Shown here: positions 58,118 through 64,000 of the stretch, piece by piece
Position numbering within the stretch: the first letter of the stretch is position 1
Layout of the letters: each line of letters begins with the position of its first letter
Assembly (NCBI GenBank): GCA_963802945.1
Contig: CAWDKY010000030.1
Span: forward strand, 64,001-128,000
Direction: 5' to 3'
Length of the DNA: 64,000 nt
Source of the DNA: an uncultured delta proteobacterium
GTDB taxonomy: Bacteria > Desulfobacterota > RBG-13-43-22
The notes under the pieces: generated by a model
What the model saw: the letters and a program-made list of their open reading frames with translations, nothing else
The model's database searches: none
What the model was told of the DNA's origin: nothing
Made by a program: the position numbers and the translations under genes

Positions 58118-59308
58118 TTAAGGCGTTTTAAATATTTTTTCACTGATGGTCCGAATGATACGATCCTTAAAAACTTCTCTATCAAACTGCAGGGCATGGT
58201 TGCGCATCTTCACCGGGTCCAAAAGATGGGCGTGCGCCTCTAACCTCTCCACGGCCTCCAGCAGAGCGGTTTCCGTCTGTTCCTGAAAAAAGATCCCGCT
58301 GAAAAAATCCCTCCGTCCTTCAAGATATTCCTCAAGGGGAACCACTGTTTCCAAAGCCCCTCCGCGGCCGAAAGCCACCACCGGTCGGCCGGAAGCCTGG
58401 GCCTCCAACGGCGTGATCCCGGCATCTTCTTCACCGGGGAAAATCAAGGCCCGGCATTCTCCATAAAGTTTTTTTAAATTTTCATTCGGCTGCCACCCTA
58501 ACCAGGTAATGTTTTTGCCGGATTCCTTTTTTAAAGAGTCCATCAATGGTCCGGTCCCGACAATGATTAAAGACTTCTGGCTTCGATTAAAAGCCCGGAC
58601 GGCCAGATCAACGCGTTTATAAGGTGCTAAAGCCGTAACCATCAAATAATAGCCCCGGGGTTGAAAAGACAAGTCAAAATGTTTCGTGTCCACCGGAACC
58701 GCAATGACTTCGGCCTCTCGATGGTAATATTTTAAAATTCGCCGGCGGACATTTTCAGAATCAGCCAAGAGATAATCCACCCTCTGACTGGAACCTACAT
58801 CCCAACGCCGGAGTATCGCGGCCACGAACGGCATCACCACCTTGACCAATATTCCCGCAGAGGAATCCTTACCAAAGTAGATGTCGTACATATCCCAGAT
58901 ATAACGGACGGGAGTGAAAATATAGGATATATGGATAGTGGGCGAAAACACGCGGACGCCCTTGGCCACACAATGACTGCCGGACAAAACCAAATCATAC
59001 CCTTTTAAATGGATACTCCTCAGGGCTAAGGGGAAAAGGGGAAGATAATGACGATATTTTTTTTCAACCCCGGGAAGGTGCTGGGCCCAGGTGGTCTGGA
59101 TCCGATGTTTTTCAATAATCGGAGAAACGGATCCCTTGACATGGAGGAGCGTATAAAGGTTAGCTTGAGGGAAAATCTCGCAAAAGATCTCCAGACACTT
59201 TTCTCCTCCTCGCATGCCGGTCAACCAGTCATGGACCAGAGCCACCTTAAGGGTAGACAAGGTTTTTCGGTTCGCCTCAACTTCTTCAGTCAAATTTGTT
59301 TTAAACAT
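58118..59308 (-). CDS. GT4 glycosyltransferase
   Basis: VHDWLTGMRGGEK, APYKRVD, EDAGITPLEAQASG. Confidence 0.92.
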   Translation of the reverse strand: MFKTNLTEEVEANRKTLSTLKVALVHDWLTGMRGGEKCLEIFCEIFPQANLYTLLHVKGSVSPIIEKHRIQTTWAQHLPGVEKKYRHYLPLFPLALRSIHLKGYDLVLSGSHCVAKGVRVFSPTIHISYIFTPVRYIWDMYDIYFGKDSSAGILVKVVMPFVAAILRRWDVGSSQRVDYLLADSENVRRRILKYYHREAEVIAVPVDTKHFDLSFQPRGYYLMVTALAPYKRVDLAVRAFNRSQKSLIIVGTGPLMDSLKKESGKNITWLGWQPNENLKKLYGECRALIFPGEEDAGITPLEAQASGRPVVAFGRGGALETVVPLEEYLEGRRDFFSGIFFQEQTETALLEAVERLEAHAHLLDPVKMRNHALQFDREVFKDRIIRTISEKIFKTP

Positions 59309-59322
59309 TTCGGATTCAAGGT

Positions 59323-60453
59323 TTAAGGTTTGTTAACTTTTATTCTGACTTCTGGATTCTGACTCCTGGATTCTGTTTTTTTTAAGGAGTCATAGGTTTC
59401 TAAAACGATTCGCGCTGTCTTCTCCCAAGAATATTGCTTGGCCTGTTTTAACCCTCGTTCCCTTAAGGCTTGTCTAAGATCTTGGTGAAGAAGGATTTCC
59501 CGAATCCCTTCCTTTATAGCATGGATATCATAAGGATTCACCTGAAAACCTGCCTCTCCGGCAATTTCCGGCAAGGCCCCCTGATCTCCAATCAGGATCG
59601 GGCAGCCACAGGCCATGGCTTCCAAAACCGGAAGACCGAATCCCTCATAAAGCGATGGGGCCACTAACAGTTCGGCCCCTGAGTAAAACAGGCTCAAATC
59701 CTGGTCGTTACATTGGGGCAGAAATAAAACCCGATTCTTTAAGCCGGTGGATAGGTTCCCGGGCGGGATTCCAATAGCGACTAGTTTTCCGGGATAAGAG
59801 TTATCTTTAATCAATAATTCAAAGGCAGAAAGTACCCGGGAGAAATTTTTGTGTGGTTTTGGATTGCCGACAAAAACAAGATAGCCCTGATCCAGCTGAT
59901 AACGACGAATAAATGACGGTTCCAAAGGTTTGGGAGCCCAATGGGAGTCCAAGCCATTGGGGGTAATCACCACCCGCTCTCCCCTTCCCTGGAGAAGGGT
60001 GATGATATCGTTCTTTGATCGTTCTGAAACGGTAAAAACCTTTTGACAACGGGCCACGGCCCTGCGCATAACTAACCGAAAAAAAAGACGATGACCGAGA
60101 CCGTAATCTTTTGGAAAAAGCATGGGAATCAGATCATGAATGGTCATGATCCCCTTAGGCGAAAAGAGCAAAGGAATGGTAAAGGTGGGTGAATGGAAAA
60201 GATCAAAGACTTCCTTTCGAAGATGAATTGGAAGCAGGATCTGTTCTTGCAAGCCGTATAGGGGAATCGAAGTCGAAAACCAGCGTACCGGAACCGCAGG
60301 GGTAAACCATTCTTGAATTTTGGATTGGCTGATCAGGATCAGGTATTCGTCGCCCCTGTCCTTGGCGAGCAGCTGGTGAAGCAGATTCAGACAATAGCGG
60401 GCAATCCCATGCATGTCCTTTCCCAGGACTCTGGCATCAAAAAGGATTCTCAT
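59323..60453 (-). CDS. GT4 glycosyltransferase (mannosyltransferase-like)
   Basis: TIHDLIP, KPHKN, PSLYEGFGLPVLEAMACG. Confidence 0.92.
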   Translation of the reverse strand: MRILFDARVLGKDMHGIARYCLNLLHQLLAKDRGDEYLILISQSKIQEWFTPAVPVRWFSTSIPLYGLQEQILLPIHLRKEVFDLFHSPTFTIPLLFSPKGIMTIHDLIPMLFPKDYGLGHRLFFRLVMRRAVARCQKVFTVSERSKNDIITLLQGRGERVVITPNGLDSHWAPKPLEPSFIRRYQLDQGYLVFVGNPKPHKNFSRVLSAFELLIKDNSYPGKLVAIGIPPGNLSTGLKNRVLFLPQCNDQDLSLFYSGAELLVAPSLYEGFGLPVLEAMACGCPILIGDQGALPEIAGEAGFQVNPYDIHAIKEGIREILLHQDLRQALRERGLKQAKQYSWEKTARIVLETYDSLKKTESRSQNPEVRIKVNKP

Positions 60454-61582
60454 GTCTGTTCACCGATCGATAAACGTCGAGGGTTTTCCGTGCGGCTTCA
60501 TACCAAGAAAATCGGGCGGACTGTTCTTTGCCCAACTGGCTCAATCGCATTTTTTCTTCCGGGTTTCTTAACAACCCGACGATACGATCAGCCAGTTCTT
60601 GGATATCGGTCGGATTAACCAGAATACCGGCTGAGCCCACAATTTCCGGGATAGAAGAGCGATCGGAAGAGATGACCGGCGTGCCGCAACTCATGGCCTC
60701 CAGGACCGGCAAACCGAATCCTTCATAAAGAGAAGGAAAAACAAAGAGCTCGGCGCTGTTCATAAACATGGGAATGTGTTCCATAGGGACATATCCGGTG
60801 AAAAGAACTTGATCCTGCGCAGGATAATTTTTTAAAAAATGGCTTAAAGAACGAGTCAACCATCCTTTTTGACCGCTCACCACTAATTGATATTCATTGC
60901 CCAGATCTTGACAGACCCGGGTGAAGGATTCTAATAAAACGATCAAATTTTTTCGAGGCTCAATATTACCCAGATGATAAATAAATTTTTTGGTGATTCC
61001 ATATTGTTGTTTAAGCCTGGCTTGAGCCTCCTCTTTGTTGTAAGGGAAAAAAATCGGAGAAGGAGCCTCATGAATAACCACAATTTTCTCTGAAGGCACT
61101 TTTAAGATTCGGATTAAATCCTTTTTGGTGTGATGAGATACGGCGATAATCTTATCGGCCTTCTTAACCGCCTGTCTCAGCAGGTAGCGCATATAGGCCC
61201 CATATTTCAGGGGAATGGTTTCCGGAAAGAGGAAAGCCACCAGATCATGGATAGTCACGACCAACCCGCAATGATCCTTCCTGAAAGGTATCAAGGAAGC
61301 AGGGCCATGAAACACATTGATCCCCATCATCTTCAACCGGATGGGCAGAATGAAATATTCCCAAAAGTCACTCAGGGGATGATTCTCATGAGAAAATATT
61401 GTCAGTAGTGGATTTTGTTCCCTGGCCAGATTCCCTAGCAGGAAAAGATTTTTTTTCTGGGCCAGGAAATAATAAATGGGTTCCGGGTCGACTTGCCTCA
61501 AATTTTGGACGAGGTTGAGGACATAATTCCCCACTCCTGAGCGGTTGGGCAGAACGGTTCGAACATCAATGGCGATTTTCAT
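60437..61582 (-). CDS. GT4 glycosyltransferase (mannosyltransferase-like)
   Basis: MKIAIDVR, TIHDL, EPRKN, PSLYEGFGLPVLEAMSCG; start placed at ATG 61582. Confidence 0.92.
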   Translation of the reverse strand: MKIAIDVRTVLPNRSGVGNYVLNLVQNLRQVDPEPIYYFLAQKKNLFLLGNLAREQNPLLTIFSHENHPLSDFWEYFILPIRLKMMGINVFHGPASLIPFRKDHCGLVVTIHDLVAFLFPETIPLKYGAYMRYLLRQAVKKADKIIAVSHHTKKDLIRILKVPSEKIVVIHEAPSPIFFPYNKEEAQARLKQQYGITKKFIYHLGNIEPRKNLIVLLESFTRVCQDLGNEYQLVVSGQKGWLTRSLSHFLKNYPAQDQVLFTGYVPMEHIPMFMNSAELFVFPSLYEGFGLPVLEAMSCGTPVISSDRSSIPEIVGSAGILVNPTDIQELADRIVGLLRNPEEKMRLSQLGKEQSARFSWYEAARKTLDVYRSVNRHENPF

Positions 61583-61637
61583 GACTAAGAACTCGTAGGT
61601 TCCTTTTTGAACTTCCCTATCTTTACTAAAAATTCCA

Positions 61638-63104
61638 TCAAGAATCAACCCCCGGTTCAGCCCCTGACTCGGCCAGGGGTTGAGTCAGGATTTGTTTTAA
61701 AAGCTGCCAATCCTCCCGAATAACTAGGCGAAAGAGGACAAGCCCTAATCCATAAGCCAAAAAAGCTGTGACCCAGATCACAGCCGACGGATAGCTCTTC
61801 AGCCCCCAAAGGGAAAGGCCCATCAATCCTCCGCTTACTCCCAGCTTCAGAGTAAACCTCAAAAGGGGAAGGTGCAGAAAGAAATGTTGTAGGAATTCCA
61901 AGAAGCAAATCGAGAGCAATATCTCAGTGGCTACTGTGGTCCAACTGGCCCCCAGATATCCATATCCGGGCAAAACGATGATATTGATGACGACGTTAAA
62001 AATTAGGGCCAATCCACTTCCCCAGGTAATTATCTTCCCCTGATTGAGGACAATCAAGGTGTTGATTAAAACATAATTAATAAAAATAAACGGTACGGCC
62101 AAAATCAGAATTTTCAAGGATGGGGTCGAATTGGCAAAGGTCGGGCCGAAGAAAAAAAGCACTAAGAAATCGGACAAGAAGAAGGTGGTCAGAACCAAAG
62201 GGATAGAGACCATAGTAAGATAAATCAGGGCTTTTTGATAACTCCTTTTAAAAGCTTCTCGATCTTTAAAAGTCAAAACAGAAAAAATGGGAAACAGACC
62301 CGCCATAATTAAAAAGGGAAATAAGGAAAATATTTCAACGATCTTTACCGGGATGGAATACCACCCTATTTCAGACGGAGAGAACCCGAACAAGGACAGC
62401 ATGACTATGTCGATTCTGGCATAAACCGTTATAAAGAGACTTGACAACCCGATAGGCCAGGCCGAACGAAGGATTTGTTTCCACAAATCTGTTTCATGAT
62501 AGAGTACCAGCGGAGTGATCTTTGTCCTGATAATCCATCCGGACAAAAAGCAACTGATGCCGTAAGCGCCGACCAGGGTCAACAGAAGCCCCCACAAACC
62601 ATACCCCAGCCAAAGAAAAATGATCGGGATGGCTACGACCAGGCACTTAGACAATCCTCTGATCAAAAGCTCATATTCCATCTTTTCCAGGCTGTTGGTC
62701 AGGGCAACGAAAAACTCTATCAGATAAATCATCTGCATATAAACCATACTGAGGAGAATCATTAAAATGATTTCTCTCGAGTATCCCAGAAGAAAGAGGA
62801 TGCCGGGAGCTATCAGGAGTAAACCGATGGAAAACATTATTTTGATAAAAAAGATATTGCCGGCATAGCGGCCCAGGAGATGATGATCTCGTGAAACGTC
62901 GCGGATCAGGACCGTGTTCAACCCTAAATCGGAAAAGATCGTCATCAATCCGGCGAAAAAAAAGGCCAGAGAGTATTGCCCGAAGTCCCGATCTCCCAAA
63001 AAACGAGCGGCCACGATGATAAAAAGAAAAGCCAAGGAACGAATCAAGGCTTCCGAGATGAATTTAATAACGATGTTCTTTCGAGCCCTTTGGAAGATAT
63101 TCAT
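61638..63104 (-). CDS. wzx: Wzx-type polysaccharide flippase
   Basis: About 14 TM; ARFLGDRDFGQYS, SDLGL, RIDIVML, GYLGASWTT. Confidence 0.88.
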   Translation of the reverse strand: MNIFQRARKNIVIKFISEALIRSLAFLFIIVAARFLGDRDFGQYSLAFFFAGLMTIFSDLGLNTVLIRDVSRDHHLLGRYAGNIFFIKIMFSIGLLLIAPGILFLLGYSREIILMILLSMVYMQMIYLIEFFVALTNSLEKMEYELLIRGLSKCLVVAIPIIFLWLGYGLWGLLLTLVGAYGISCFLSGWIIRTKITPLVLYHETDLWKQILRSAWPIGLSSLFITVYARIDIVMLSLFGFSPSEIGWYSIPVKIVEIFSLFPFLIMAGLFPIFSVLTFKDREAFKRSYQKALIYLTMVSIPLVLTTFFLSDFLVLFFFGPTFANSTPSLKILILAVPFIFINYVLINTLIVLNQGKIITWGSGLALIFNVVINIIVLPGYGYLGASWTTVATEILLSICFLEFLQHFFLHLPLLRFTLKLGVSGGLMGLSLWGLKSYPSAVIWVTAFLAYGLGLVLFRLVIREDWQLLKQILTQPLAESGAEPGVDS

Positions 63105-63152
63105 AATTGGAAATAATCATCAAGGGGATTTATTGAGCGGATCATTTTTTAC

Positions 63153-63279
63153 ACAGGCTGACCAAAAATGTCCAGATGCAAGGCGCCCGAAATTCCGAGG
63201 AATGAGACGTACATAGAAGTACGTTGAAATGATGAGGAATGAGGGCAACACCGCAGATGGGCATTTTTCATCAGCCTGT
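63153..63279. mobile_element. MITE-like element, copy 2
   Basis: ACAGGCTGACCAAAAATGTCCA..TGGGCATTTTTCATCAGCCTGT; internal sequence homologous to 35989-36148. Confidence 0.8.
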
Positions 63280-64000
63280 TTACAAAAGATCCTGGTTAAT
63301 GCTTACCTTGGCCTTATCCCGCAGCCAGCGGCTCCATTGTTCGAAGATGGCCGCTTTTTTTTGTTGTTGGAGGGCTTGGGAAAAACGTTCCTCATCTTTT
63401 TTAAAATCTTCCATAGAGGCCGGACGGGATTCTTTAAAAACAACGACCACATAATCAGCCCCTAATTTAAAAGGTTTTTCAATGACCGGACTGGAAGGCC
63501 CGATGGAAAACAATATCTCTTGTACTTCGGGAGTATCCGCCCAGGAAGGATGATTCTTTGCCCGGGAGAAAAAACCCGTCTCTTCCAGCTTTCGATTCCT
63601 TTCCTTGGCTATCAACTGAATGTCCTTCTTCTGGCGGAGTTCTTTTAAAAAGGTCTCGGCCTCTGACAGGGCCTTTTGGGCGGCTTTTTCGTTTAATAAA
63701 TCCTCTTTGACTCGGGATTCAGCCTGGCTTAAAGTCATCAGTTGAGATTCCTTGCGATCCGTCACTTGAAGGATGACAAAGCCCCACTCGTCACTTAAGT
63801 CCACAACCGGAGCCAATTCCCCTTTTTTTAAAGAGAAGGCCTTTTGATTAAATTCTTTGACGCCCTCAATCCCGGATAGTTTTACTCCGTAGGTCATCCA
63901 ATCTGTCTCCTTGATCGGAACCTTGAATTCCCTCCCGAAAACTTTCAGGTTGCCTTTAGTAAGGACTTGATCGTAAACCTCTTCGGCCTTTTGGCGGGCC
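63280..64000 (-). CDS. PpiD/SurA-like periplasmic folding chaperone, C-terminal part
   Basis: AFSLKKGELAPVV..GFVILQV, ETGFFSR, WLRDKAKVSIN; open to the window edge. Confidence 0.75.
   Translation of the reverse strand, partial: ARQKAEEVYDQVLTKGNLKVFGREFKVPIKETDWMTYGVKLSGIEGVKEFNQKAFSLKKGELAPVVDLSDEWGFVILQVTDRKESQLMTLSQAESRVKEDLLNEKAAQKALSEAETFLKELRQKKDIQLIAKERNRKLEETGFFSRAKNHPSWADTPEVQEILFSIGPSSPVIEKPFKLGADYVVVVFKESRPASMEDFKKDEERFSQALQQQKKAAIFEQWSRWLRDKAKVSINQDLL

Noticed and set aside
1-64000. tRNA, rRNA or prophage genes
   Set aside because: None recognised by eye in the intergenic regions or ORFs.

Overview
A 64-kb bacterial chromosomal segment; gene content and repeat types suggest an anaerobic deltaproteobacterium (Desulfobacterota-like, inferred). 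Many single-base frameshifts in otherwise intact genes point to an error-prone assembly. Left to right: a few enzymes; a c-di-AMP (ydaO) riboswitch over a KimA-like K+ transporter; der and a sigma54 response regulator; a ~21-kb metal-uptake region (DtxR-FeoA/feoB, a TonB-dependent receptor, a cooT-fmdE-TBDR-methyltransferase-ABC-exbBD-tonB operon, and a DUF2946/RAPP leader with an outer-membrane barrel and a ZnuABC-type transporter); a sigma54-type kdpFABC operon with KdpD split into separate modules and no kdpE; a decapitated integron with attI, Pc and about 6 cassettes, invaded by a RAYT element that is itself hit by an IS1182; then SDR, CoA-transferase, copA, a diguanylate cyclase and a surface-polysaccharide cluster. 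The best candidate for an undescribed system is a shared RNA attenuator upstream of both putative nickel-uptake units: two small hairpins with ANGAA pentaloops, the second mutually exclusive with an intrinsic terminator. The first gene behind one copy is the nickel-binding protein CooT, which is missing from the ORF track. All family assignments come from motif recognition by eye; no database searches were run.
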